A stretch of 63,104 nt of DNA, the filler included, from Stramenopiles sp. TOSAG23-3 (Eukaryota): NCBI GenBank assembly GCA_900128585.1. It is 5 parts of 5 records of this genome, joined end to end, with 100 filler letters (N's around TTAATTAATTAA, not from the genome) between each part and the next. Parts side by side here need not be neighbours in the genome. Positions count along the whole stretch, not along the records: positions 50,593 to 63,104 come from LT642683.1; 4 more parts are not named here. One strand, written 5' to 3'. Made by a program: the position numbers and the translations under genes. Each line of letters begins with the position of its first letter. Positions within the stretch are counted from its first letter, which is position 1. Of the stretch, positions 50,672-61,380 are shown one piece after another. Below the pieces are notes generated by a model. It was not told the DNA's origin. It did not search any database and saw only the letters and a program-made list of their open reading frames with translations.

Positions 50672-50802
50672 CATATAGATGGTTTGAATGAAAAGATAAA
50701 AAGGCAATGTTAAGGAATCGAAAGTATTCCAAGTGATCGTACGTACACTAGACACAACCAAAATAAGAAACAACACGAAGCCACCAAACACAGCGAAGAT
50801 CA

Positions 50803-51360
50803 ATGCGAACGTCTACTTTCATCTTGTTCGCCGTCATGGCGACCGTTGCTTACGGTAACATTCAGTTCTCACGAACTGTCGACTCGGTAACGGGTGCGGA
50901 GGGGACTCTGACCTTGGCGTCCGGCTGCACATCCTCGGACCAATATGGTTCAAACGATTGCACCTTGACGTGGGGCGAAAAAGTTACTGCCACCGTAAAT
51001 GCCACTTTGGACAAAGACATTACCCAAGGTACGACGTTTACGGTCGACGCCAAAGTCGACGGTCTGATCCCTTTGAAGTTCACCTGCCCAGCCTGCGGCG
51101 GAAACTGCAGCATCACCGTCCCAATCATCAAGAAAACGGTATCGTTCGCTTTGCCACCATGCCCAATCAAGGCCGACCACATCGCCAAGACATTCTCGGC
51201 CCAGCTCCCATCAAAGAGTCCAATCCCATTGAAAAGCAAAGTGACCGGAACAGTGTCAGTTGAAGGCAGGCTAAAAGTTGAGTTCACGGCTGCGATTAGC
51301 CCCGACGCAGTAACAATGAGCGAAGTAGTGTACAAAGCACTAAAGCGCACATTGAACTAA
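50803..51360 (+). CDS. Secreted ML (MD-2/NPC2-like lipid-recognition) domain-like protein
   Basis: Signal peptide; all-beta pattern with CTLTWGE.VTATV.ATLDKDI..G and CPIKA, resembling ML domains. Confidence 0.6.
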   Translation: MRTSTFILFAVMATVAYGNIQFSRTVDSVTGAEGTLTLASGCTSSDQYGSNDCTLTWGEKVTATVNATLDKDITQGTTFTVDAKVDGLIPLKFTCPACGGNCSITVPIIKKTVSFALPPCPIKADHIAKTFSAQLPSKSPIPLKSKVTGTVSVEGRLKVEFTAAISPDAVTMSEVVYKALKRTLN

Positions 51361-51730
51361 ATCTTCGCCTAAGGAATTTATGCCATCGAGCCGGAACCTA
51401 CTGGCTAACGTCGGTATTCAAATCCCGTGCAATCTCGGTGCTTTGAGCTCTGTATGAAGTATTATATAATTTGTTTTCAGTAAAATAATAAAGGGTGCGT
51501 TATTTGTTTTATACTTTTTTTAATACATACTTCATCTCCGGTGTCAAATAATCGTAACATGTTCGTTTTCGTAAAAATTAAAAACAGACGTTCAAACGTT
51601 TGGTTTTGAATTTAGCTTTATGAAAGTTATTAGATTCTTTTAAAGAATCCTTTACGAGTAATTACCCGCAGGCAGGGCCCCGGGTCGTTCCTGTTAACAC
51701 ACTCTTTGCCTCGTTGTCGTCCTAGCGCCA

Positions 51731-52834
51731 TCATTGCGTTTTTTTGACGGTCTCGGGCACTTCGTCTCTTCCCCCCTCTTCATCCATCGGTATTTGTTTC
51801 ACGTTTGAAGTCGCCCGAATGCTGCTGGTGCCTTTGCTGCTCTTTCTCGTGCCCCCGCTGGCTAGATCTGCGGCTTGAAATACAGCATCGTCTTCCCACT
51901 GCTTTCTCATCCAACTCAAAATTAGCCCACCAACGGCAACTTCTTTATCGAACCAACCGTGGTTCGCGTCCTTCACCGTTACAGCGTGCCGGTGCACCTG
52001 AGGGAACTGGTCAAAATAATTCAGAAAGGAGCGAGGGGATATGAAATCGTCCCGTGTACCGCAAATAAACAGTTTCGGCTTGTGCGTTTGCATCCCTTTC
52101 CACAGCTCGTAACAGTTGCACATCGACAGGAACCAAATGACATTAAACGGGCAGGATATGGATACAAACCCGATGATCTCCTTTCGAAATCGCGGGGACG
52201 CGTTTGATACTATGGAGCCGTAAGAATAGCCGACTAACAGCACCCTCTTTATGGAAAACCTCGCGTCCTCTTTTAGCATGAAGTCGACCACATTCAGCAA
52301 GTCCCGGCGTTCTCCGTTGGTTCGCCACGTGCAACGTCCTTTGCTTTTACCAACACCGCGGAAGTTAAAGCGGCACGTTACATAGCCAGCGTGGGCAAAC
52401 ACTTTCGCCAAGGTTTCGGGAACGTTATTGTCCATGTCGCCGCCAAGAACGCTCCAAGGGTGCGTTAAAACGATTGCCGTGCGACACTTCTCCATGCGAA
52501 ACATGCCTGCACTACCCTTTGCCTTTGGAAACCGAAGTTCCATTTCCAAGCCCAGCTCGTCGTCAACAAAACGTTCCACTTCGATTTCGTCTGCAGCAAG
52601 TCTGCCGTGGTTGTCAATAAAATCTTCTTGGTAGAGCTGAAGCACCTTCTGCGACATGTGGCGGTACCCTTGGATGGATTTCGCCGGCTTGTCCCCGCAA
52701 CAGGACCACCGCAGAAACCTGTACAATTGGTACACACATAAAACAACTAGCGTCCAGTACACGAAGAAACCATTGTTTCGGAAGTAGTTGTACGCCCCAA
52801 AAAATATTAGGTACCAGGAGGGTGTGTCGATCAT
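51731..52834 (-). CDS. Alpha/beta-hydrolase with an N-terminal membrane anchor
   Basis: HPWSVLGGDMDNNV, RFNFRGVGKSKG, nucleophile elbow GYSYG, GTRDDF (Asp), ANHGW (His). Confidence 0.88.
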   Translation of the reverse strand: MIDTPSWYLIFFGAYNYFRNNGFFVYWTLVVLCVYQLYRFLRWSCCGDKPAKSIQGYRHMSQKVLQLYQEDFIDNHGRLAADEIEVERFVDDELGLEMELRFPKAKGSAGMFRMEKCRTAIVLTHPWSVLGGDMDNNVPETLAKVFAHAGYVTCRFNFRGVGKSKGRCTWRTNGERRDLLNVVDFMLKEDARFSIKRVLLVGYSYGSIVSNASPRFRKEIIGFVSISCPFNVIWFLSMCNCYELWKGMQTHKPKLFICGTRDDFISPRSFLNYFDQFPQVHRHAVTVKDANHGWFDKEVAVGGLILSWMRKQWEDDAVFQAADLASGGTRKSSKGTSSIRATSNVKQIPMDEEGGRDEVPETVKKTQ

Positions 52835-53738
52835 GATGGTTTGGCAGGGGTTACCAGGGAACTACAGGAGAGTATAAAGAGTTCACTAACCAAGCCGTAA
52901 AGGTTTCAACAACGAACGAAGAATTAATGTGCGGAAAATACGAACTTTACCATTCCACACATTAATGAACTGTGAAATGAACAGAGTCCTAGAAGAATTA
53001 TAATATAGTTAGTACAAAACGGCCCCGGGCGCGGCGGGGGGAATGAGATGATGAGAGGAGGAGAGAAGAATAAAAGAAATAATATTCTTATGAAATTATA
53101 GTTATTTTAAAATTTACATTAGTGCATTTCATAGGGGTTCTGCTCTTTCTGAAACTATTTGGATATATCAGAGGGTATCTAGTTCTGCCTCGTATAGTTG
53201 CGTCTACCGTAGTCAATATCTTCAAACAAGTACGAATATTTCCCTATACGGCGGGAGGGGAGAGAGTCCATCTTATCCAACCTTCGCCCCTGCTGTGGCG
53301 TGTTGCTGGTGGTAGTGAGGATGTGGCTTCTTGTTGGTGGTTTTATTAATTATTATTATTTAATTAGTAATAGTGTGGTGATGTGCTCTGGCTGTGGTGA
53401 AGATGAGTAATGCATGAACGAAGGCCGTCGGCAGACCGCCAACGGAAGCCAACGACGCGCGGGGAGAAACCGCAAAAGGTTGGTAAAAGTGGAAATGGGT
53501 GGCGGAGATGCAAATACTAGAATATTCTTTCTTGTCTGTATAGTTTACACGCAACCACTGCATATCGTTTTTGCTGAAGAATATTTACCGCGCGAGAAGG
53601 CTACGCCGGGCGGGTCGGTGACGTCCGTTTTGAAGAGAAAGCACGCGGGACGAGAAAGAACGCCGGGGGCAGTGATAGAAGAAGTGTTTGCGATAATTTG
53701 GCGTGTTACAAAGACTGCTTTCCTAGGGGCATCTGAAT

Positions 53739-56700
53739 ATGCTCCGATATTTTATTTGGTTTTGCTGCTTTCAGGTGGTTCTAGCGGAGGAGTGGAACTG
53801 CTCTGCGACGAGTGGCGTGTTTACCCTGTCGAACGACTGCGTGGTGAGCAGTCAAATCGAGGTAACGGGTATTCTTTCGCTTACTGGCGTTGTCAACGCG
53901 TCTGGCGTGCTCCCTCGCGTGGTTGGAGGAGGCTTCAACCGTTTGTTTTATGTGCAGAGTGGGGGAAACCTCACGATACGGCGATTGAATTTGACGGGGG
54001 GGAACGCTACGTTACACGGGAGTGGTGATAACGACTGTGGAGGGGCTGTAGAGGTATATGTCGGGAACTTTGCTGCGATTGATTCTGTAATGACGGGAAA
54101 CATAGCCCTAAGCGGCGGGGCTTTATGCTTAAAATATTCCACGGCTGTGATAAGAAACTCAGATATTATTGGAAATCGTGCCAATAGGGGTGGGGGGTTA
54201 ACTGCTACGGGAGATACATTAAATAGATATGAGTGTTCTTTGACTGTCATTGGAAGTCGAATAATCGGTAACAATGCGACTGGTGATGGTGGGGGCTTCT
54301 ACACGCAGTCTTGCGTAAGTGTGTTTAAAGAAACGTTGATTCGACAAAACCTTGCGTGGTCAGGTGCTGGAATAAGCACCGAATATACGGGTTCTCTTCT
54401 ACTTGATAATGTAACTATTGAATATAACGGCGGTAGTATTACACAATATGGAGCTATTCGGTGTGTGGATAGAAACGCAGATGGTGGTTCTGAATGGAAT
54501 CTGACAATCACAAGAAGTGTGATTCAATACAATGAAGGTCAAGTAGCAACAAACAACGGAGGTGGAGGACTCTTCGTCTATGGTACTATCCATGTCGTCA
54601 TAAGCGAAACATTGTTTCAAGGCAATAAAGTAAATTATGTTCATGGGAATTCTGGCAACGAAATATTTACAAGAACAAGAGTGCGGAATAGCAACGATAC
54701 ACGAACCCCAACCATCAAATTAATCAATGTCAAGTTCGGAACGGACAATGGAAATTTTGGAGGGGATTATTTTGGCACCTATGGAACACACGGCTACTGT
54801 GGAACCCAAACCTGCGCTTCCAACCCCTGCACCGTCTTTCCCTTCACCGGTAAATGCACCAACCGTACAGGAAATTTAGGCGTCTTATGTGATTATGGCG
54901 AAGACACTGTTTGCTACCCCAACGATTTTAAAAAAGCAGCAGTGACAGAGAATGCGTTGCCGCCATCTTCTGAGTATTGCCAGGCTTGTGCAGAGGGTCA
55001 ATACACGACGGCTCAGGACCTTCCGGTCTGCTCGACCTGCAACATACCGCCAGAAGGTAACGTTACGGTGACGGAAGATTGCATACAGCGGACGCAGATT
55101 GTGGTGACGGGAAGTTTGAACGTGACTGGCAACGAAAGCGTGTACACCACGATTCAAGGAGGCGGAAATAATCGTCATTTTTACATCGGCAGTGGAGCTC
55201 CAACATTGACACTAAAGTGGTTGAACCTGACGGGGGGCACTGCGAAAAACAGTTTGGGCAGTGGAGATGGCGGTTCTATACACGCTTATCGTGCTGAATT
55301 GCACATCAGTGATTGTATTTTCTACAAGAACAGTGCAGGTATGTATGGAGGCGCCATAGATGCCAGGGGAGTTGATAGTTCTTATGGGACCTTTCATAGT
55401 CAAAATGTTCAGTATATCAATAACAGTGCTGGTTACGGCGGTGGCGCTCTACATTTTTCACATATTAGCTGCACGATAAACAGTGATTTATTTATTTTGA
55501 ACACGGCAAAGTGCCAGGGAGGTGCTATTAAAGCAGGTGTAAGCATATTAAATCTAACACAGACTACGCTGAAACAGAATAAGCAAACAAGAGCAGTTAA
55601 CCCTTGGCACGGTGGCGGGGGACTGTTCATTGCATACAGGAGCATTATTTCCATCAGAAATTGCATGCTTCTTGACAATGAAGCAAATAACCAAGGGCAC
55701 CAAATCATGGCTGAGTATGCTTCATTCAGCAAACCATCCATCGCATTGGTCAATACAAGATTTACAAATGTTGAAACAGATGATAATTTTTATGGGTTCA
55801 ACAATACGATTCACCAGTCGCCTGTGCACGGAACCGACAAGTTTCTTCCACCCCAAACCTGCAATTCAAACCCCTGCGCCGTCTTCCCCTTCACTGGAAC
55901 ATGCACCAACCGCACGGGAAATTTAGGCGTCTTGTGCGATTACGGCGAAGAAGCGATTTGTTACCCAGACACGTTTAAAAAATCTGTAAAACAGAATGCG
56001 CTGCCGCCCTCCTCAGACTATTGCCAGGCATGCGAGAAGGGTCAATATACTACGGCACAAAATCTCCCAGTCTGCTCGACCTGCAACATACCCCCAGAAG
56101 GAAATGTGACGGTCTCTCAAGATTGTGTTCAGCGGACGCAGATTGTGGTGACGGGTGATTTAAACGTGACTGGGATTCCAGACGCGGATGGAAATTTGCC
56201 AGCTATCGTGGGTGGAGGGTCAAATAGGCATTTTTATGTACCGGCAGGAGGTCATCTCGTGATTCGAGGGCTCAATCTGACGGGTGGGGATGTCAGTGCG
56301 GCGGAAGAAAATGGCGGGTCGGTGTTAGTAGACGGAGGGAGATTTACAGCATTTGATTCAGTGCTTACGAGGAATAGAGGGTGGCGAGGCGGTGCCGTTG
56401 CTGCTATGAATAAGGCCACAATAACAATGAATGGTACGAATGTTACACACAACAATGCCACACGTGATGTAAATTTTGGTGGCTTTGATATCTCGGGTGG
56501 TGGCGGAGGTTTACAAATTTCTTCAAGTACGTTGACGCTGCATAAATCTAGAATTAGTTTCAACAATGCAGGCAACGCTCAATATGGTGGCACTAATGGT
56601 CATGGTGGTGGAATATATGCATTCGGTGATATCTCGTGCACGGTCTCTGCCTCTTCAATTCACCACAATGATGCTGTGTATGGTGGGGGGATGTTTTTCG

Positions 56701-59700
56701 ATACAGACAATATCGTTTTCTTTTCTCAAATTGAATTATCTTACAATAAAGCACGTTATAGTGGAGGTGGCATCTATTTATACACTGCAACAGTCCATGT
56801 ATCAAATAGTTCGATAAATGGCAACATTGGCGGTTCTCAAGGTGCAGGCATATACGCTTACAGCAACTCTAGGCACAACATTTTGTTGTCAAACGTGGTT
56901 GTTTCAACCAATAAATTAATTACCGAATTAGAAAACTACCGGGGTGGAGGCGGGGTTTATTTAGACCATGCTGTATCTTTATTTGCCAGAGAGTCCTTAT
57001 TTGATAGAAACTTGGCGTCAAACGACCAAGGCCATCAAATCATGACAGTTAATGGTTCGGCGGGTATACCGTCCGTCACACTTGTGAATGTACAATTTTC
57101 CCATGTACACAGTGACAATAATTTCCATGGGCATCAAGCAAATGTGTTTGGGGGAGGCCCCGACAAGTTTATCCCACCCCAAACCTGCGCCTCCAACCCC
57201 TGCACCTTATTTCCTTTCACTGGAACATGCACCAACCGCTCTCAAAACTTAGGCGTGTTTTGCGATTACGACGAATCTACCACTTGCCCTGCGAACGAGT
57301 ACAAACAGTTTGTCTCCGTAGAGAATGGTTTGCCACCTTCCACCTCTATATGCGCGAACACAAAACCAGAATGGGATTGCGCCGCGACGAAAGGTGTGTT
57401 TAAACGTACGGAGGATTGCTACATGTCAGGTCAGGTAGTTCTAACGGGTGATTTAAATATTGTGGGGAGAGAAAACCTTTACATGAAGCTGGTTGCGGCT
57501 CCGAACAGTAGGCATTTTTTGATAGACTCAGGAACTCCTACACTCACGTTGCGGTGGCTGAATATGACGGGTGGTTCTCCTAGTGGTAGTGGTGGTTCTG
57601 TTCTTATTTCTGATAACGTAGATGCTCATTTACGTATCACTCATTGTATTTTCTACAAGAATAGTGCTGGAATTTGCGGAGGCGCTATCTCCGCTATGTC
57701 AAATGATGTTTTGGTCTCTTTAATGAATGCAAAATTTGTCAAGAACAGTTGTGGTGTTAGTGGTGGTGCTATCCATTTTTATTATGGAACATTTAATGGC
57801 TACAATGTTCAGTATATTCAGAATAATGCTGGCTTTGATGGTGGTGGGCTTTTTTATTCCTGCATTAAGCCTAGTTCAATAAACAGTAGCGTATTTACTC
57901 TGAACAAAGCAGAAAAAAGAGCTGGAGGTATTTATATTCATGGTCTTGACGGTCATAGTAGTACATTGGCTATTACGCGAACAACATTGAGACACAATAA
58001 ACAAACGAAAGGAATACTTGAGGATATTCATAGTAAAGGTCATACTGGTGGAATATATATTGACGCCAAAGTTGCCGTTTCCATTAGAGAAAGTCTATTA
58101 ATTGAAAACAAAGCAGAAGCTCAGGATTTTGGGCAGCAAATTATGACATATAGCGCGTCACATGGTACACCGTCCATCACACTCATCAATACCAAATTTG
58201 TTCCACATAACACAAGCAATTTTTATGGGTACGATGATACCACGAAAACAGCAGGCATCGAACAATTCATTCCTCCCAACACATGCACCCCAACCCTCTG
58301 CATCTCCAACGGCTACACGAACCCCATCTGCGTCAACAAGCCCAATCCAAACGAAGGAGTTCTATGTTTTGTAGGATGTCAACCAGGAAAGTATGGAGCC
58401 AACGTATCTGCCTGCCACGACTGTCCGGTAGGAAAATATGGAACAGAAGCTGCCAAAACAACCGAGTCAGAAGCATGTTGGAACTGCGCCGAAGGTACCT
58501 ACAACAATGAGACCGGAAAAACCGCTTGTCATACACATTGCCCCAGTGGAAGATACGGCAATACCACAGGAGCTCGTTCGATGCTAGAAGGTTGCCCGTC
58601 TCCATGCCCATTGGGAAAATATGGTAGCCTCATAGGCAAAACTTTACAAAACGATGCCTGCCCTCATACATGCGAACCAGGCAAGTATGGTTCTCGGACT
58701 GGTCAAATCTCCGAAAGCGAGTGTGCAGCGTGCCCAAATGGATATTATTGTAGCAACGGTTTAAAAAAGCCATGTCCATCGGGAAAATACGGCAAATCAT
58801 TGTCTGCTTTGATTGAAAAAAGCCTAGAATCTAGTGCGTGCATAGAATGCCCCGTGGCTCGGTATGGTGCCGTCGAAGGTCAGGCTATCATGGAGTCTGC
58901 CTGCCTCGCCTGCCCAGCAGGACGATACGGCAACGAGCCTGGAAAATCGAACACAACAGGTCAACCCACCGACTACTGCCCCGAAGCATGCACGGCAGGG
59001 CAATATCTAGAAGGCAAGCAATGCAAAACATGCCCCGACGGGGCCTACTGTCCAGAAGCATCCGACAAAACGGCCATGCAAGCTTTGGCAGGGTATTGGC
59101 GCGTTCCGAACACTGCCGTCTTCGTTGAGTGTCTGCACGCCTGCTCTTGCCTGGGTGCTTCAAACCCCCAAAACGTGTGTCCAAACCGCAGCGTTGCGGA
59201 AATATCTCACCCCGAAGGCTGCAATACAGCCCAAGGATTTCGGCAAGGCTCCCGAATGTGCGCAGACTGTCTGCCTGGTTACAGTCGCGACGGTCGGGGA
59301 GGATGCAAGAAATGTGGAGAAAAGGGGCTCAACATTTTGTTCCCTGTCTTGGTGGGATGTTGCATACTGTTGGTTTTGTTTCTGTTGGTCTACTCGACTG
59401 TAGTGAAACGTGGAGGAGCCTTTGACAGTTCCGACGGAGCAAGAAAGATTTTCATCTCTTATTTACAACTCGCGGGGCTTGCTACCACAATGAAAATTCC
59501 ATGGCCTGTCGATTATCGCACCCTCTTTCGCATCGAAGGCATGGTTTCGTCGATTGGGGAAGAGATGCTAGACATTCGGTGCGCGTTGGAACAACCAATT
59601 CCTATCGCAACCATCGAATATTACAAAACGCTAGGGTATGCCATCGCGCCTTTTGTGCTCGTGTTTCTCTCTCTGCTTGGCTGGTGTACCTGTGGCCGTG

Positions 59701-60854
59701 TGGTCAAACGGTCTGAGCGCCGTGCCAAGATGATGGGGACCATCGTAGTCCTGATATACTTGGCGTTTCCGTCTATATCTGCTGGGGTGCTGGGGTTGTG
59801 GAAATGTGAATATGTCGAGTCGGTGGGGTATATCTTTGTGGTTGACCCAGAGACCTTGTGCGGCGATGTATCCCACCGCCAGTGGCAGAATCTGTTGGGT
59901 TGGCCATGTATTTTGCTCTACATCTTTGGGCTTCCTGCAACCGGGCTGGGATTGCTGTACCGCTTTCGAAACAAGCTGGACGAGCCACGGACTCGCATAC
60001 GGTTTGGGCAGCTATACGACGGGTTTTCGCGTGAGAATTATCTGTATGAGGGGTGGGTCACACTTCGCAAGCTGTTGATAATTATTATTGGCAATTTTAC
60101 CGACAGGCTTCAGGTACAGTTGGCCATTGGCTCCGTAGGACTGTTGCTGGGTCACACTATCTTTCGGCAGCCGTACCAGACCCGCAGCCTGACGTATTTG
60201 GACGAGCTGCTGCTCTCGTGCGTCTTCTTTACGTACTGGGTGGGTGGAATATTTACCGTCTTTCCCCAATGCCATTCGGACGCGTGGGAAGCAGTATTGT
60301 GCAAAGCTGGCCAATGGGTGGTGCTTTTGTTCAATATCGCATGCTTTGCAATCGGCTTTGGCATGTGCATATGGCTAACCTGGTTGGAAGAACGCGAGCA
60401 GTTGAAGGGCTCTACCAAGGGGATGTGCGCTGCAATTTCCAGGTGGCGTATTTGTCGCCCTTGCTGTCGCAAAGGGCTGGGCATCTGGTTGAGAGCATCG
60501 CAAGCCGAATGGGTGACCAACCCGTTGGATAGGGAAGTGGAGCTGAAAGAGATTGTCCGGTCCAGCATGGTAGGAAGCCCCGAAGAGATGGTTGCGTTGC
60601 TGAAGGGAGAAAACAAGACGCTGCGAGAAGAAAACAAGGTGTGCCAGCACGAAAACAAGACGCTCCGAGAAAAGGATAAGATACGCGAAAAAGAAAACAA
60701 GACGCTGCGAGAGGAAAACCGGAGGTTAAAATCAGCTTCAACCGATAATTGGAAAAGTTTACAAGACGAAGAAGGAAACACGTATTATCACAATCGAAGC
60801 ACCGGCGAAACATCTTGGGACCCGCCCATGATGACCAACCCGATGCGAAAATAG
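53739..60854 (+). CDS. Giant cell-surface receptor-like protein: four PMP-like beta-helix modules, Cys-rich repeats, ~7TM domain, coiled coil and C-terminal WW (2371 aa); paralog of 39714-44063
   Basis: Signal peptide; four modules, three ending in QTCxSNPCxxFPFTGxCTNRxxNLGVxCDY; CPxGKYG repeats; KIFISYLQ, RFGQLYDGF, TLRKL; ENKTLRE heptads; WW motif WKSLQDEEGNTYYHNRSTGETSWDPP. Confidence 0.87.
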   Translation: MLRYFIWFCCFQVVLAEEWNCSATSGVFTLSNDCVVSSQIEVTGILSLTGVVNASGVLPRVVGGGFNRLFYVQSGGNLTIRRLNLTGGNATLHGSGDNDCGGAVEVYVGNFAAIDSVMTGNIALSGGALCLKYSTAVIRNSDIIGNRANRGGGLTATGDTLNRYECSLTVIGSRIIGNNATGDGGGFYTQSCVSVFKETLIRQNLAWSGAGISTEYTGSLLLDNVTIEYNGGSITQYGAIRCVDRNADGGSEWNLTITRSVIQYNEGQVATNNGGGGLFVYGTIHVVISETLFQGNKVNYVHGNSGNEIFTRTRVRNSNDTRTPTIKLINVKFGTDNGNFGGDYFGTYGTHGYCGTQTCASNPCTVFPFTGKCTNRTGNLGVLCDYGEDTVCYPNDFKKAAVTENALPPSSEYCQACAEGQYTTAQDLPVCSTCNIPPEGNVTVTEDCIQRTQIVVTGSLNVTGNESVYTTIQGGGNNRHFYIGSGAPTLTLKWLNLTGGTAKNSLGSGDGGSIHAYRAELHISDCIFYKNSAGMYGGAIDARGVDSSYGTFHSQNVQYINNSAGYGGGALHFSHISCTINSDLFILNTAKCQGGAIKAGVSILNLTQTTLKQNKQTRAVNPWHGGGGLFIAYRSIISIRNCMLLDNEANNQGHQIMAEYASFSKPSIALVNTRFTNVETDDNFYGFNNTIHQSPVHGTDKFLPPQTCNSNPCAVFPFTGTCTNRTGNLGVLCDYGEEAICYPDTFKKSVKQNALPPSSDYCQACEKGQYTTAQNLPVCSTCNIPPEGNVTVSQDCVQRTQIVVTGDLNVTGIPDADGNLPAIVGGGSNRHFYVPAGGHLVIRGLNLTGGDVSAAEENGGSVLVDGGRFTAFDSVLTRNRGWRGGAVAAMNKATITMNGTNVTHNNATRDVNFGGFDISGGGGGLQISSSTLTLHKSRISFNNAGNAQYGGTNGHGGGIYAFGDISCTVSASSIHHNDAVYGGGMFFDTDNIVFFSQIELSYNKARYSGGGIYLYTATVHVSNSSINGNIGGSQGAGIYAYSNSRHNILLSNVVVSTNKLITELENYRGGGGVYLDHAVSLFARESLFDRNLASNDQGHQIMTVNGSAGIPSVTLVNVQFSHVHSDNNFHGHQANVFGGGPDKFIPPQTCASNPCTLFPFTGTCTNRSQNLGVFCDYDESTTCPANEYKQFVSVENGLPPSTSICANTKPEWDCAATKGVFKRTEDCYMSGQVVLTGDLNIVGRENLYMKLVAAPNSRHFLIDSGTPTLTLRWLNMTGGSPSGSGGSVLISDNVDAHLRITHCIFYKNSAGICGGAISAMSNDVLVSLMNAKFVKNSCGVSGGAIHFYYGTFNGYNVQYIQNNAGFDGGGLFYSCIKPSSINSSVFTLNKAEKRAGGIYIHGLDGHSSTLAITRTTLRHNKQTKGILEDIHSKGHTGGIYIDAKVAVSIRESLLIENKAEAQDFGQQIMTYSASHGTPSITLINTKFVPHNTSNFYGYDDTTKTAGIEQFIPPNTCTPTLCISNGYTNPICVNKPNPNEGVLCFVGCQPGKYGANVSACHDCPVGKYGTEAAKTTESEACWNCAEGTYNNETGKTACHTHCPSGRYGNTTGARSMLEGCPSPCPLGKYGSLIGKTLQNDACPHTCEPGKYGSRTGQISESECAACPNGYYCSNGLKKPCPSGKYGKSLSALIEKSLESSACIECPVARYGAVEGQAIMESACLACPAGRYGNEPGKSNTTGQPTDYCPEACTAGQYLEGKQCKTCPDGAYCPEASDKTAMQALAGYWRVPNTAVFVECLHACSCLGASNPQNVCPNRSVAEISHPEGCNTAQGFRQGSRMCADCLPGYSRDGRGGCKKCGEKGLNILFPVLVGCCILLVLFLLVYSTVVKRGGAFDSSDGARKIFISYLQLAGLATTMKIPWPVDYRTLFRIEGMVSSIGEEMLDIRCALEQPIPIATIEYYKTLGYAIAPFVLVFLSLLGWCTCGRVVKRSERRAKMMGTIVVLIYLAFPSISAGVLGLWKCEYVESVGYIFVVDPETLCGDVSHRQWQNLLGWPCILLYIFGLPATGLGLLYRFRNKLDEPRTRIRFGQLYDGFSRENYLYEGWVTLRKLLIIIIGNFTDRLQVQLAIGSVGLLLGHTIFRQPYQTRSLTYLDELLLSCVFFTYWVGGIFTVFPQCHSDAWEAVLCKAGQWVVLLFNIACFAIGFGMCIWLTWLEEREQLKGSTKGMCAAISRWRICRPCCRKGLGIWLRASQAEWVTNPLDREVELKEIVRSSMVGSPEEMVALLKGENKTLREENKVCQHENKTLREKDKIREKENKTLREENRRLKSASTDNWKSLQDEEGNTYYHNRSTGETSWDPPMMTNPMRK
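54805..57272 (+). repeat. Three DNA-level conserved inter-module linkers (starting at 54805, 55852, 57178)
   Basis: CCCAAACCTGC..TC.AACCCCTGC.CC.T.TT.CC.TTCAC.GG...ATGCACCAACCG; the first two copies stay alignable for about 320 bp. Confidence 0.85.
60609..60720 (+). repeat. 21-bp coding heptad repeat (ENKTLRE)
   Basis: GAAAACAAGACGCT.CGAGA recurs every 42 bp with variant units between. Confidence 0.85.
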
Positions 60855-60869
60855 CTTATGTATCTTAAT

Positions 60870-61160
60870 TTAATCGACGCGGGTAAGCTGCATGCCCAGC
60901 CGCGGAAAACATTTTCTCGCCACCATCAGCCATTCATGAGGCCGATTCGAAGTTTCAAAGCAGTACACGGCATATCCGTCATCGCTGTGGATGTGTTGGA
61001 CGTTGAAAGCATCCTCTGGCGTGCCCCAGGCCTCTATCGCATCGCTTGAGTCACATGGCACCAGTTTGGCAAAGGATAGGGCAGATTCGTTTGTTCGATT
61101 TTGGTGATGAAATCCAATGAGTAGCGCAGGGTATTCGCAAGTTAGGATGAGTTGATACAT
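60870..61160 (-). CDS. Small ORF (96 aa), possibly a YubB/DUF1281 ferredoxin-like domain
   Basis: WGT..DA...YCFET..P.EW.....FP.L...L resembles my recollection of the WGTKW...F.TAW.PP..W....FP.L pattern. ATG follows an AT-rich spacer. Confidence 0.4.
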   Translation of the reverse strand: MYQLILTCEYPALLIGFHHQNRTNESALSFAKLVPCDSSDAIEAWGTPEDAFNVQHIHSDDGYAVYCFETSNRPHEWLMVARKCFPRLGMQLTRVD

Positions 61161-61380
61161 GTTTACTTTTTCTATGATTGAAGAATAATAATAAATATAT
61201 AGTCTAATAAAAGAAGAAGAAAAAAAAAGAAGAAAGAATAATAAAATAATAAGGAGAAGAAGAAGAATTTAACAGAAGAAAGACACACCACACAACAAGA
61301 ACAAAAAAAAGAAAGCAGACAGCATTCACAATGGTACTACAGGTACAGGTACAGGCAGGTAAACTAAGATCAAACAACTA

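Noticed and set aside
2519-51360. Glycolipid-digestion cluster (GH27, GH59, LMF, ML domain)
   Set aside because: The genes lie on three unlinked scaffolds; only GH59 and LMF are truly adjacent.
53414-54028. 204-aa ORF overlapping the start of the giant receptor in another frame
   Set aside because: It starts at a non-ATG codon and has no motif, while the 53739 frame has a proper signal peptide and matches its paralog.
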